Origin: Tubiluchus corallicola
Lineage: Eukaryota; Animalia; Priapulida
DNA: 64,000 bases
Assembly: GCA_030141605.1 (NCBI GenBank)
Contig: JAQGDQ010000952.1
Coordinates: 1 to 64,000 of the forward strand
Direction of reading: 5' to 3'
The stretch's first letter is position 1. Each line of letters starts with the position of its first letter. Both the position numbers and the translations under genes were made by a program. Under the pieces are notes generated by a model. It was not told the DNA's origin and made no database searches. It saw only the letters and a list, made by a program, of their open reading frames with translations. This document shows, one piece after another, positions 27,519 through 41,082 of this stretch.

Positions 27519-28438
27519 TAATCTATTATATTTTATGTCCCTCATGGGACAGAGGCAGGGGGAGAGATCAAAAGAAGGGGAGAGAGGGGGAGAGAAAGAG
27601 AGTGACAAATAAATTTGTTTTTATTATTTGTGTTAAGAACCTGGCTATAGTAAATACGTATTTGTTCTGGTCGAATTGTATCTGAACAATCTGATAGAGT
27701 GGCTTCCGACCTATAAGCACAGAGCTGGTGGTAATATCCAAGCATATACTAAGTTTTCATAGAGAGGTACTATAAAGAGGTACCAGTCTAAACGTGCGTG
27801 CTGTTGATGAGCGCCATCCTCTAACACCTTCACGTTAGAGATAGTAACGGTCATCCAGTATTGCCGAATTGTAACTGTGGATTTCGATTTGAGTCTGTTG
27901 AACACTTTTTGTTGCACTGCCCATTGTATCGACAAACTAGGGTTGTTATGTTTGATAAATTAAATGAAATACTGCAGCCTGAATACCTTAATATAGCTGC
28001 CTTAGGAAATAATGATCTGTTGAAGTTGCTATTATTGGGAAAAGATGAATTTAACTATGTTGCTAACTGTAAAATATTCCAATGTATACATGACTTTATA
28101 TTACGTACTAAACGCTTCCAGTAGTTTCTACCTGATATGAAATGCATCAGTCATAAATATTCGTACATTAATATTTTCTAACCATCATTTTCTACTAATG
28201 TCTAATGTAATCTTGTAGTAAAACTTGTCAGCTTGTGTAGTTATAGTCTATTCTTACTGTAAATGTTACTAATGTCTAATGTAATCTTGTAGTAAAACTT
28301 GTCAGCTTGTGTAGTTATAGTCTATTCTTACTGTAAATGTTCTTGTAAATAGTGTATAAAGTCTGTTGTGGTGAGGATCCTAAATCATGTTGTTCAAACT
28401 GTCTGATCCAATCCTATAATAAATTATGTTTAAACTAT
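27519..28438 (+). mobile_element. Composite retroposon: GA-rich leader, ~240-bp unique head, L2/Crack-like LINE 3' end
   Basis: 20-bp TSD gatacaagtagaacagaata at 27499-27518 and 28439-28458; LINE homology starts at about 27845 (ORF 27861-28124). Confidence 0.75.
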
Positions 28439-28819
28439 GATACAAGTAGAACAGAATAGAATAAATATTTTAATTGGATATGTAAAAAACCTAACGATAT
28501 TTCTATTACTGTCCAAGCGTTGTTAGTAATTAATTAAAATAAACATGCTATTATAAACGACACACAGGAAACTAAGAAAAGCATTATAATATGAACACAA
28601 CACATTGTAATATATCGACAGTAAAATTAGCATATTTATTACTAAAAAATAAGCAATACTTTAACTAAAAATGAGAACTTTGGAAAAGTATTATAAAATA
28701 AATAAAACACAAAAATCATATATCCTAACTAAAATTAAGCACATTAAATTTTAAAAGTGAAAAATGCTGTTATTAAAATGTGAAGTTAAGAATTATAGAA
28801 TAAACACAACACACTGCAA

Positions 28820-29482
<663 letters not shown>

Positions 29483-30289
29483 TAACAAAGAAATTTGCCA
29501 AAAACTGTCTGCAAAGCATAAACTTAATTTATACTGTTGCGGTATAGATCTTTTTAAGCGCGGTGGTAGCCACCATTCACATGAAAATTATGACTTAACT
29601 AGAGGACCGCGTGTCATTTCGTAAGCACATCGTCGCTTTCCGTAAGCGCCCGCTGCTTAAAATAATTCAAACTTCTCCATCTATCTAATGCAGCTTATCT
29701 AATGTTCATGCAGAAATATCACACAATTAACAATCTATTTTTTGTAAAAACTTATTATTAAACTTTTGACGGTAATTGACAGGGCGCTGTATTTTTCAGC
29801 CCACGAACGACGTCACTGGTGGAAGAATGGACATCCGAAATGGGAGCGTTTAAAGCCTGAAATGATTGCAACTTTAATGTGATTTACAAATTCGAGACGC
29901 TTAATATACTGTTACTATTAAATCCTTCTAAAATTTTTCTCAAATCCTGAAATAAGCCTCCTAACTTCCCAGAACGGTTGGCTTTTCCTTTAAAAACCCC
30001 AAGACAGTCAGTATCATCTACAAAATGGGCATACAGTCTTTTTGCAATTTTGAAGATTTCTTACAGGTGTGAGTAAAAGGATGTTTTAATAATGAATATT
30101 GATGAGGTGCGTTGAGTGTTTGTCATGGCTGCATTAACAGCTGCATGGGGGCGTAATTAAGGCGCGTTCACACCAGCGAGTTTTCTCTCTGACAACAAAT
30201 TCGCAAATTACTGCCAGCAAACTCTCAGACAGTTGCTGCGAAGTTGATTTACTGTCTGATGACTGACTTCACATAGAGAAAGAAAGAGA

Positions 30290-30338
<49 letters not shown>

Positions 30339-30442
30339 CGAGAGAGAGAGAGAGAGAGGGAGAGAGAGAGGGGGAGAGAGAGAGAGAGGAGGAAAGAGAG
30401 AGAGAGAAGGAAAGAGAGAGAGAGAGAGGGGGGAGAGAGGGA

Positions 30443-30497
<55 letters not shown>

Positions 30498-31245
30498 TGA
30501 AAAGGATAGAGAAACGTTTCCTCCTTGATTGAAATGAACCTGCTAGTGATGCCAATACGAGCTTCGTGTTTTGCTGGTGTTAATAACCGGTTTAGACGTT
30601 TTCATTTCCGCTCGCAGAAGTTGTTTGAATTCTCGTTTCCACTTCACTTCTGTATTGTCAGGCGTTAAGATGAAACACTAAACAGACTGGGATGATCTAT
30701 ACAGAGCAGGGGTGAGCATTGTCTATCGGAAAGGAAATTCGAATTTGAATTTTTGACTTTCGAACTCGAATCAAACCGAATTTCAGTATTTTCGCATACG
30801 AATCGAATTTCAATTCGGCTTAAAGATTATCGAATAAATTTTCGAATAATGTATAAAAAATAGTCTCGCAGATCATGCGTCTTTCTTAATCTGTTCTGTA
30901 GTAAAAACAGTAATAATTTGTTTGACAGTTGTGCACAGAAATCCCCTCTATATTGTGCTGATTACATGATGTCGGTCAATGCCCTTTCTCCCCCCCCCCC
31001 ATAAATAAAGATAGGATTAAAAACAGTGTCGTTACTACTTTGCCATTATACTAAAGCCTGAAGCTCCATTGTCGGACATTAACTTGACCACGACGTTAAT
31101 CCATTTATCCTAATTATTAGTTCACCTTTTAAAGATGTTCAGTAAGACAACCCTAATTATGCTTTACTCGGTCCATTATTTCGCAAGAAGTTCGTAAATT
31201 AACTTGAGAAATGGCTAAGTAGCGGATGGTGTCTTACAACCAGTC

Positions 31246-31856
31246 ACACTACACTACACTACGCAACGCTACACTACACTACACTACACTACACTACACT
31301 ACACTACACTACACTACACTACACTACACTACACTACACTACACTACACTACACTACACTACACTACACTACACTACACTACACTACACTACACTACACT
31401 ACACTACACTACACTACACTACACTACACTACACTACACTACACTACACTACACTACACTACACTACACTACACTACACTACACTACACTACACTACACT
31501 ACACTACACTACACTACACTACACTACACTACACTACACTACACTACACTACACTACACTACTCTACACTACACTACACTACACTACTCTACACTACAGT
31601 ACACTACACTACACTACACTACACTACACTACACTACACTACACTACACTACACTACACTACACTACACTACACTACACTACACTACACTACACTACACT
31701 ACACTACACTGCACTACACTACACTACACTACACTACACTACACTACACTACACTACACTACACTACACTACACTACACTACACTACACTACACTACACT
31801 ACACTACACTACACTACACTACACTACACTACACTAAACTACACTACACTACACTA
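31246..31856. repeat. (CACTA)n microsatellite
   Basis: Direct inspection. Confidence 0.97.
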
Positions 31857-32167
31857 TTCTATACTAGTCACTATACTATAATTAGTCACAAGAAGCCAGA
31901 AAGATGCAGAAGACAAAGTGATGACTTTCACGTAATTGCGTTTGTCTACCTGTCTACAATTACAATGATCTAAAAGCTAGTGGTGATTTCATCATCCCAT
32001 TTGCATAATCAAATTGTGCATATGATATGCTTTCTGCTGATGGCTTCTTACTTTCAGGTAATACGTTCTCAGGTAAAAAGAACGAAGCCAAAAAGCAAAG
32101 GTAAACTGAGTCCTAAAAAAATTTCCATAGAAAGTCATGTTACTTTCAGGTACGCTTACCTACTTGA

Positions 32168-32706
32168 AAGAAAAACCGGATGATTGTGTAAACACGAGTT
32201 CAGAATAAAGATTACTCTGAAATATTGAAAACTACAAGAGTTTCTTTTAAATCAAAGCTTAGATTAAATAATAATTACCTCGATACTCAAATTTCGTTAA
32301 ACTTTCAATGCTACGCGCGGCTCAGTGAATCTACAAGGATTGGCAGCGGCGCCTTTTTGTCACATTCACCGTCAAATAGAAGGCGGTACCATGATAAGCA
32401 TGATCATGAAGTGCAGTGTTAGTTTCTGACGTCATACGATGTAGAGCCCATTTTCGTGACATCACGCGTTTAAGCAGTAACGCTTACGCAAACGCGCTTG
32501 ACGTGCAAGGAAAGACGCCTGCCATTGCACAAACGGTGGTTAGTTTGTGACGTAAGCAATAGTTGTATTCGGTTGCCGCTAATTAACTTTCTAAGCTAAT
32601 GGTTCAAATATAAGGAACAACTGCTAACTTTTATAGGCAAAAAAATGTATATTTTGGACAGTAAATTGAAATAAGATTGAGTCTAAACAATCGTCCGGTC
32701 TTCCTT
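32168..32706. mobile_element. Kolobok-like MITE family B, second copy
   Basis: High similarity to 20122-20658; TIRs slightly decayed. Confidence 0.75.
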
Positions 32707-32708
32707 GA

Positions 32709-33522
32709 AAGACTTATGTAACCGGAGAAGAAATTTCTTAATAATTTAAAATGTCCGACCATCTGTAAAATGTCGTTGACTCACCTTCCCTGTGTGCACT
32801 ACTCAGTCACCAAGAAAACCTATTTTTAATCTTTAAAATTTTGCTTAGTTAGTAAAGTGTGCGCCACGAATGCTCTGGTTAAAAAACTACATTATTTTAT
32901 AGCAATTTTATGCGTATATCGTAATCGCGTTAAATGGAATTTTTGTTTGTCTTCGTTTTAAATCTCTCGCAGTACTGTTCCGACGGCGCCATTACATGAC
33001 GTCATATACAAAGTAAATCAAGGAAAGAAAAGAAAATGTTAAATTATGTCGTAACAAAATTTCCGTATAAATCTATATTACTTATCATTTCGCTTACCTG
33101 CTGGAAAGACTTATGTAACTAGAAAAGAAAATTATTAATTATTTAAAATGTTTTCACCAATTGGTAAAATGTCGCTGACTCACCCACCAGGGTGCACCAC
33201 TCACTAACCAAAAAACGTATTTTTAATGTTATTGACAAGATACAGTAATTTTAAATTTTACTTAGTTAGTAACACGCGCCCTACGAATGCTCTGATTATT
33301 TTTCAAACTTTAAAAATGTTATCTAAACTTGTTTCAAATGACCTGTCGTCAAAATGGCTGCATCTAACGGTCATCGCGGGAGTTTAAATTTACATGTTTT
33401 ATACAAGTTTTATACGTTACTGCTAATGCAAGCCCTGCGTGCATTAAGACAGCATGTAAGTGGTATCAAATTACAAGAAGAATTGCTTTTAGCTTTGTGT
33501 AAGGGAAAGGTTTTCTTGTGCT
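32709..33522. mobile_element. Kolobok-like MITE family A, inverted copy with an extra partial segment
   Basis: Ends ttttcttgtgct-ttaa; reverse complement of 18601-19230. Confidence 0.65.
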
Positions 33523-34035
33523 TTAAATAACTCAGTCTTTAATCAAACCCTGTAAGAAATGCCTGCCATGTTTGCAATAGTGAGTTCCCATCTTCTGCAC
33601 AGACTTGATGATAAAAATTCAGCGACTTCGGTCAAGCGCCGGATTCGTTAAAGTTCTTACGAACGATTTCCTTCGTAAAGTTTATGCGTACAAGCGTTCT
33701 TAGCGCTGCGCACCGATTCGTTAAGCCGGTTTTCGTAAAATCTTCTTAAATTTGTTCATAACTTTACGCGAGGATTACGTAAAGGATTGCGCAAGTAGCT
33801 TGCGTAAGTACAATTCTTCATGTTATACACAGTTTAAATCAAATTAAATAGCCATGGAAGTGGGCGTGCGTGTATTCCTGGAAAAGGGATCGGCTTATAA
33901 GAAGAAACATTTGATACTGTTATTTGATACGCAAAAAAAACGTATTTTTGCGCAACCGAATATAATTAGGCCTTTCAAATGAAACCAATTGTCAAATGAA
34001 AAACGTATACAAACTATTGTCCACAAGCTGTTGGT

Positions 34036-34900
34036 TACAAAGTTAACACTTTACAAAGTTAACACTTTACAAAGTTAATGCTTTACTTTACAAAGTTAAC
34101 ACTTTACTTTACAAAGTTAATATTTTACTTTACAAAGCTAACGCCTTACTTTACAAAGTTAACGCTTTACTTTACAAAGTTAACGCTTTACTTTACAAAG
34201 TTAACATTCTACTTTACAAAGTTAATGCTTTACTTTACAAAGCTATCGCTTTACTTTACAAAGTTAATGCTTTACTTTACAAAGCTATCGCTTTACTTTA
34301 CAAAGTTAATGCTTTACTTTACAAAGCTATCGCTTTACTTTACAAAGTTAATGCTTTACTTTGCAAAGTTAACATTTTACTTTACAAAGTTAACACTTTA
34401 CAAAGTGGCACAAAGTAACACTTTACTTTACAAAGCTATCGCTTTACTTTACAAAGTTAATGCTTTACTTTACAAAGTAACACTTTTCTTTGCAAAGTTA
34501 ACACCTTGCTTTACAAAGTTAACATTTTACTTTACAAAGTTAACATTCTACTTTACAAAGTTAACGCTTTACTTTACAAAGTTAACGCTTTACTTTACAA
34601 AGTTAACATTTTACTTTACAAAGTTACGCTTTACTTTACAAAGTTAACGCTTTACTTTACAAAGTTAACATTTTACTTTACAAAGTTAACATTTTACTTT
34701 ACAAAGTTAACGTTTTACTTTACAAAGTTAACGCTTTACTTTAAAAAGTTAATGCTTTACTTTAAAAAGTTAACATTTTACTTTACAAAGTTAACACTTT
34801 ACAAAGTCACACAAAGTAAGACTTTACTTTACAAAGCCGTGGCTTTACTTTACAAAGTTAACACTTAACAAAATCAATACTTTACTTTACAAAGTTAACA
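34036..34900. repeat. 21-bp minisatellite (aaagttaacgctttactttac)n
   Basis: About 40 copies. Confidence 0.95.
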
Positions 34901-36420
34901 TCCAATGAATGATTTTAACTTTTTAACTTTGTAAAGAAAAGTTTTAACAAAGCTGTGTTGTTATTAACTATTGTAACGCTCAGGCTTATTTTAAGCCAGG
35001 TTATGTAACTAGTTCCTACTGTTATAATTCCACCATTAATTATTTTCAGTTTTTATACAAGAAGTTTAGTTAACCTGTTTAATGATATAACGCTAGAAGC
35101 CAACTTGTTCTGAAATCAGATTTCACCTGTACATTCAATGATACTGTTTATGCATTACTACTATATCATGTGATTGAAGCCACGTAGACGAAATTTTGGC
35201 TATTCAGTTCGAGCAGGTTTTCCGCTTTAAGTTGTCGAGTTAAGCGGACGTTCTCGTGTCATAAAATGATGGTTTAGTAGTAACGGTGCTTGCTTGTAGA
35301 AAAGCGATCTGTCTACATGGTTACGACAGAGACGATAGCTGCATACCAGCGATGATACTTACCTGTTGCTGATTACATTTTCCTGACGCTGATGATAATG
35401 ATACATCACTTATTAAAGATTGTACTTACCAATTGTCGATGATATCTACTGCTGATGATACTTACCCGTATTTACCTGACGTTGATGATACTGTCGTTGG
35501 TGCTTCCATGCTGTGATTACGAAACTGGTAATCCTTACCTTGTGACGAGTGCAGGAGCTTGGATGCTACCCTATTTTGGCGTCGTGTAAGTGGAGGCGTG
35601 TACATCAGGAGTCGCCAAAGTTTGGAGACGTCGTCCACGTAATCAGATCCATGAAGAGGTAGTGTAGTCAACCGTTCTATGGTGCACCATTCCTCGATGA
35701 AGCCCCTGGTGAGGAGATGCCGCGGAATGGGAGCAGGAGAAAAGTCGCTTGATGATGCCAAGACAGGACTGGTGAAAAACATTACGTTGTTTTTTCTCTT
35801 CTTAGCCGGCTTAATCTTTATTATTAACATTTGTCTTGCAATGTAATTTGAGATATTCATTAAATTGTTATATTATTTTATTAATTCAGTGGTTTCTTCC
35901 CGGTGTTTTCGACTAAGTGTTTTATTCTTTACCTAAGGGTTACACTTAAGTCACGAACCAGCTATTTGCAATAGCGAAAATTAGACTACATCGTCACAAC
36001 TATGTTTCTAATGTTAACAAATCAAAATTTCTCAATTTATACTCAGAAATAAGCATTAAATTCAACTTTGGGTTCCCTACATTCTGCTTACCACATACTT
36101 GCAAGTCTCCGCCATCCAATATATAAAAGCTCATTTCTTTATTTTTGAAGAATCGCGATTACTCTCCACCAGGGAGCGCAAATTGCAATTATTCCTCTTC
36201 TAGAACACCCGAATTAAGCTGCAGTAAACAGTAAATCCACGTTATAAAGCGAGGAGACTGTCACTAATTTCCTGTGGGACGTTTAGTGCATAAAAGTGCG
36301 CGATAAGATGTGTGAAAGAAAAAAAAGACTCGACTAATCAACTTCTTCAGACAAGCAGTCAGTAAGTCGATCAATTATTAGCGAGTCGGTCTGTCGTTTA
36401 GTCAGTCAGCGAGTCACTTA

Positions 36421-37839
36421 GTGTACCGTAATTTCAGTGCAAATTCCATTAGTTGTGTACTAGCAGCTTCACGGATTTCGTCTTTATGTAATTTAAAGGA
36501 AAAGGTCTAGGTTTCTGGGAAGTTAGGCTTATTTCAACGTTCATAAAAAATGTTAGGAAAATTCAGTGATAAATGAGTGTGACAAGTGCCTTATGTAATT
36601 AGTATAATCACTTAATACGCTTGGGCGCTGCCATTTTGCAACACCCATTCTTCCACCAATGACGTCATTCATCGACTGAAGATTTTAATTTCCGTTAAAA
36701 CTATGAAAAGTTTTTACAAGAAACAAGATTTCGTGATATTTTTGTACGAACATTAGGTAAGCTGCAGAAGTTTGAATTAATTTAAGTATCACGCACTTAT
36801 GAGCATTACGTCACAAACGGACTTTCAAACTTTTTATAGTTACAAATTTTTGTAATTAAAGGAAAGGTCTAGCTTTCTGGGAAGTCAGGATTATTTCAGC
36901 GTTCGTGAAAAATGTTTCACATAGGACGTCAAAAACTGTTATACGTACTTATTAATTTATCGAGGAATTTTGTTCATAACAATTAAAACTAATAACATAA
37001 GTTCAAGATCATCAGCTTCTGAATCTCTATTGCGTCTTTATCAGCTATTTATATACCGACGTTTATAATATTTATATATTATTTCTTTCTATTAGCAGTG
37101 ATTCTGACTAAGCAGGTTTTATTTACAACAAAATGCAAGGAGACGAAGTGCTGATAGATTAGTTAAAGGAAAGGTCAAGCTACTTAGCATGCCGGATTTA
37201 TTTTACTGTTATCACTTAAACTTTGGAAAAATTATAGCAAAGAATTTTGCAAAAAACTACAGAAAGTTTGAAAGTCTATTTGTGACGTAATGCTCATAAG
37301 TGCGTGATGCTTAAATTAATTCAAACTTCTGCAGCTTAGCATATGGGATTTATTTTACTGTTGTCACTTAAACTTTGAAAAAATATAGCAAATAATTTTG
37401 CAAAAAACTACAAAAAGTTTAAAAGTCCATTTGTGACGTAATGCTCATAAGTGCGTGATGCTTAAATTAACTAAGGTTCCGCAGATTACCTAATGTTCGT
37501 ACAAAAATATCTCGAAATCTTGTTTCTTGTAAAAACTTTTTATAGTTTTAACGGAAATTAAAATCTTCAGTCGAAGAACGACGTCATTGGTGGAAGAATG
37601 GGTGTTGCAAGATGGCAGCGCCCAAGCGTAAAATTCTCGCGACTTTAAAGGGATTTTACTAATTACTTAAGGCACTTGTCACACTGATTTATCACTAAAT
37701 CCTTCTAACATTTTTCACGAACATTGAAATAAGCCTAACGTCCCTGAAAGCTTGATCTTTCCTTTAAATTACATAAAGACGAAATCCGTGAAACCGTTAG
37801 TACACAAATATTGATGTTTGTACTGAAATGACAGTACAC
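36421..37839. repeat. About 1.4-kb foldback (long inverted repeat) built from TTAA-MITE ends
   Basis: 36421-36850 is reverse-complementary to about 37400-37839; ttaaaggaaa termini at 36493, 36857 and 37163. Confidence 0.75.
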
Positions 37840-37906
37840 AAAATAAATTAACTGCCCTCTTTTTGCTGGTTTGTTCACCAGATACACAAACCGAGTGAAC
37901 ATAACT

Positions 37907-38417
37907 TTTTTTGTTGGCATCCTTCTGTCTCGGAAGACAACGGAGTGTGCGCCAAGAGAGTCAGTTATTGATCACATTGATGGAGCTGCAGCGTCGACTG
38001 TGGCTGAGCAGTCCGATCCTTGAACGTCTCCAGCGCCTGGGCAAGGTGTATGGAAATCCTGAGCTGTCCAGACAACAGGAACCCCTCTCTTCCTCCCTGG
38101 CGTAGTCCAAAGGAAAGCAGAGCGATACGTTTGGCACCAGGTTGGCTGCAGGAGCTGCCGGAGTCAGTGAGCATGCTGCACTGGTCCGCCTTCGGGTCTC
38201 CACTCCTGATTTGGAAGGTTTACTCCTCTACACATGGCCGTTGGGTCACTTGACCTCCTCCGCCCTCTAGCCGTTGGCTGCTTGTGCAGCTCCTCTGCCT
38301 AGTGTCGAGATACAGTGTGGGCATCCCGCAAGCCTACAGCACCTGGCATTCCTAGGCGGTCACCCATCCAAGTACTAACCAGGCTCAACGTTACCTAACT
38401 TCGGTGATCTGACGAGA
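37907..38417 (-). mobile_element. 5S-rRNA-derived SINE (SINE3-type), slightly 5'-truncated copy
   Basis: Reverse complement of 43210-43722; short A tail; 6-bp TSD ataact at 37901-37906 and 38418-38423. Confidence 0.85.
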
Positions 38418-38519
38418 ATAACTAGTACAAGACAAATGTATAGGCTAAGCTTCGCATAATGTCAGTTTGATGTTGAAGCCGTCAGATTTTAATATTTTCA
38501 TAAAAATAGTAATAACAAA

Positions 38520-39015
38520 TCTTTATTGAAAAAGAACATATATACAAAAAGGTGTGTTTTTGTAGGCTCAGATAAACGATTTACATATTCATCAAAAGAA
38601 ACCTTTTAAACATTTTCAGTTTCGTGCTGTGCACATTAAACTATGTACAACAAATAAAGTACAATAGCAAGATTAGATTTAATTTCGACTGATTCACAAT
38701 TATTATGCACATGAATCTACCTTATACTCGTACATAATGTTATATACTAGAACGCCTATAAATTAACGATTATTAAGTGTAAAACTATTTTTGTTTAACT
38801 TTATATCAATCTTTGATTAACTTTGTAAAAGACATTATTAAATTTTTAACGTATTGATATTATGGGCATAATTTGCAACAGCTATTTCTATGAAACTTAT
38901 TCTTTTTCTACTTTCTACTTTATTATATCTCAATAAAATGTGCTGAGAAGTTTCCTCTTCTTCTCCATATGGACATAAACTAGTACCACACTTATTAAGT
39001 CTATACAAAAAGCTA
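38520..39015 (-). mobile_element. Degenerate LINE 3' end with CCHC-like C-terminus, interrupted by an RTE insertion
   Basis: RLKTG at 40612-40640 continues across the insertion into HFSSFLYRLNKCGTSLCPYGEEEETSQHILL; AATAAA near 38525. Confidence 0.55.
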
Positions 39016-39028
39016 CTAAAATGGTCAT

Positions 39029-40595
39029 CATCACCACTCATAGTTTGATGCCATGCTCCCCGATCTGCTGCCACATGCAAACTATTCAAGTTATTTAAGT
39101 CAGGTGGAGTATTTAGTAAGTCTTTCTTTAGCACATCTAAATATGTGATCAGCTGTCCTTCTGTAGGTTTCTTGCCAGGTGTTGATGTAATGCTGTAGTA
39201 AGTGGAGAATGATGTGGTAATCTGATGACATGTCCAATCCGGATGTCCTCCTCTTGGTTTCCTCTCTGGTATTAGTGTTTGATGTAATGCTGTAGTAAGT
39301 GGAGAATCATGTGGTAATCTAATGGCATGTCCAATCCGGACGTCCTCCTCTTGGTTTCCTCCCAGGTATTAGTGTTTGATGTAATGCTGTAGTAAGTGGA
39401 GAATCTTGTGGTAATCTGATGACATGTCCAATCCGGATGTCCTCCTCTTGGTTTCCTCCCAGGTATTAGCGCTTGATGTAATGCTGTAGTAAATGGAGAA
39501 TCCTGCGGTAATCTGATGACATGTCCAATCCGGATGTCCTCCTCTTGGTTTCCTCTCTGATATTAGTACTTAATGTAATGCTGTAGTAAGTGGAGAATCA
39601 TGTGGTAATCTAATGGCATGTCCAATCCGGACGTCCTCCTCTTGGTTTCCTCCCAGGTATTAGTGTTTGATGTAATGCTGTAGTAAGTGGAGAAACTTGT
39701 GGTAATCTGATGACGTGTCCAATCCAGATGTCCTCCTCTTGGTTTCCTCCCAGGTATTAGTACTTAATGTAATGCTGTAGTAAGTGGAGAATCATGTGGT
39801 AATCTAATGACATGTCCAATCCGGACGTCCTCCTCTTGGTTTCCTCCCAGGTATTAGTGTTTGATGTAATGCTGTAGTAAGTGGAGAATCTTGTGGTAAT
39901 CTGATGACGTGTCCAATCCAGATGTCCTCCTCTTGGTTTCCTCCCAGGTATTAGTGCTTGATGTAATGCTGTAGTAAGTGGAGAATCCTGTGTTAATCTG
40001 ATGACATGTCCAATCTGGATGTCCTCCTCTTGGTTTCCTCTCAGATATTAGTGCTTGATGTAATGCTGTAGTAAGTGGAGAATCCTGTGGTAATCTGATG
40101 ACATGTCCAATCCGGATGTCCTCCTCTTGGTTTCCTCCCAGGTATTAGTGCTTGATGTAATGCTGTAGTAAGTGGAGAATCCTGTGGTAATCTAATGGCA
40201 TGTCCAATCCGGACGTCCTCCTCTTGGTTTCCTCCCAGGTATTAGTGTTTGATGTAATGCTGTAGTAAGTGGAGAATCTTGTGGTAATCTAATGGCATGT
40301 CCAATGCATCTAAGCCGACACTTTTGTATGACCTCTCTCCATTCCTTCTTCATTAAGTCATATAGATCCTGATTTCAGATTTTCTTTGGTCATTCTATAC
40401 CCAGAATCTTTCTGTACAGACGTCTATGGAGGGCAAAGCATTGATTTCACTCTTCTGGGCCAACTTTGACTACCCACATTTCTGAATTGTACAAGAAAAC
40501 GGCTTCTACAAGTGATGACAGAATATGTAGTTTTGTTTCTACAGTAAGATTGGGACTTTCAACAATGTTTGTAAGTTTAGAATACGCAGCTAAAG
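39029..40595 (-). mobile_element. 5'-truncated RTE-like LINE with an internal 97-bp tandem array
   Basis: 13-bp TSD ctaaaatggtcat at 39016-39028 and 40596-40608; translates VFLYNSEMW...RLRCIGHAIRLPQDSP...GRKPRGGRP...AADRGAW; (GAT)n tail. Confidence 0.85.
39184..40305. repeat. 97-bp tandem array, about 11.5 copies
   Basis: Units start at 39184, 39281, 39378 ... 40251. Confidence 0.95.
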
Positions 40596-40644
40596 CTAAA
40601 ATGGTCATTACACGATAACTAACCGGTTTTCAGACATTTTACTG

Positions 40645-41003
40645 TTAAGCCAGTTTCACAGAACTGTCTACGGTCGACAACTCGTACATTTTCTTTGGAT
40701 CAGGAGTTGATCCTGTACCAGATATTCCTGTTGATCCGGGCGTTCCTCTGTTCTCTTTCCTGCGCTGTCTTTCACGCTTGCGCCACCTGATGATGACGTA
40801 AATGCCGCCATTTAACACGCCACCTATGTTGGAGAAGGTCACCGTGAAGTAGAACATGAAGTAGGGCGGGAAGCTGATGAGTTGCCAGGTGCCAAACAGG
40901 GCCAACGCCCACCACTGGATGAAGAAGGCTGCAACGAACAGCATCATGGTCTTGGCTGATTCGTGTACGCGTCGCATCGCCATCGCCTGCGAAGTTGCTG
41001 ATC
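40645..41003 (-). CDS. Orphan 7TM receptor (cAMP-receptor/GPR157-like), exon 4 (TM6-TM7, C-tail, stop)
   Basis: ttttcag|GA TCA, phase 1; AKTMMLFVAAFFIQWWALALFGTW...FSNIGGVLNGGIY; TAA at 40645-40647. Confidence 0.85.
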
Positions 41004-41082
41004 CTGAAAATAACAAAAATTCTTGAATTTATTATTGTGTCTACTGTCTAAATTACCTAGTCTATTGTGTACAAATTGCAGT

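Noticed and set aside
35620-35650. YVDD motif in ORF 35462-35860 suggesting a reverse transcriptase
   Set aside because: No other RT motifs in the surrounding frame.
39184-40305. CTGATGA in many 97-bp units suggesting tandem hammerhead ribozymes
   Set aside because: No GAAA after the putative stem II; the unit is fully explained as antisense RTE coding sequence.
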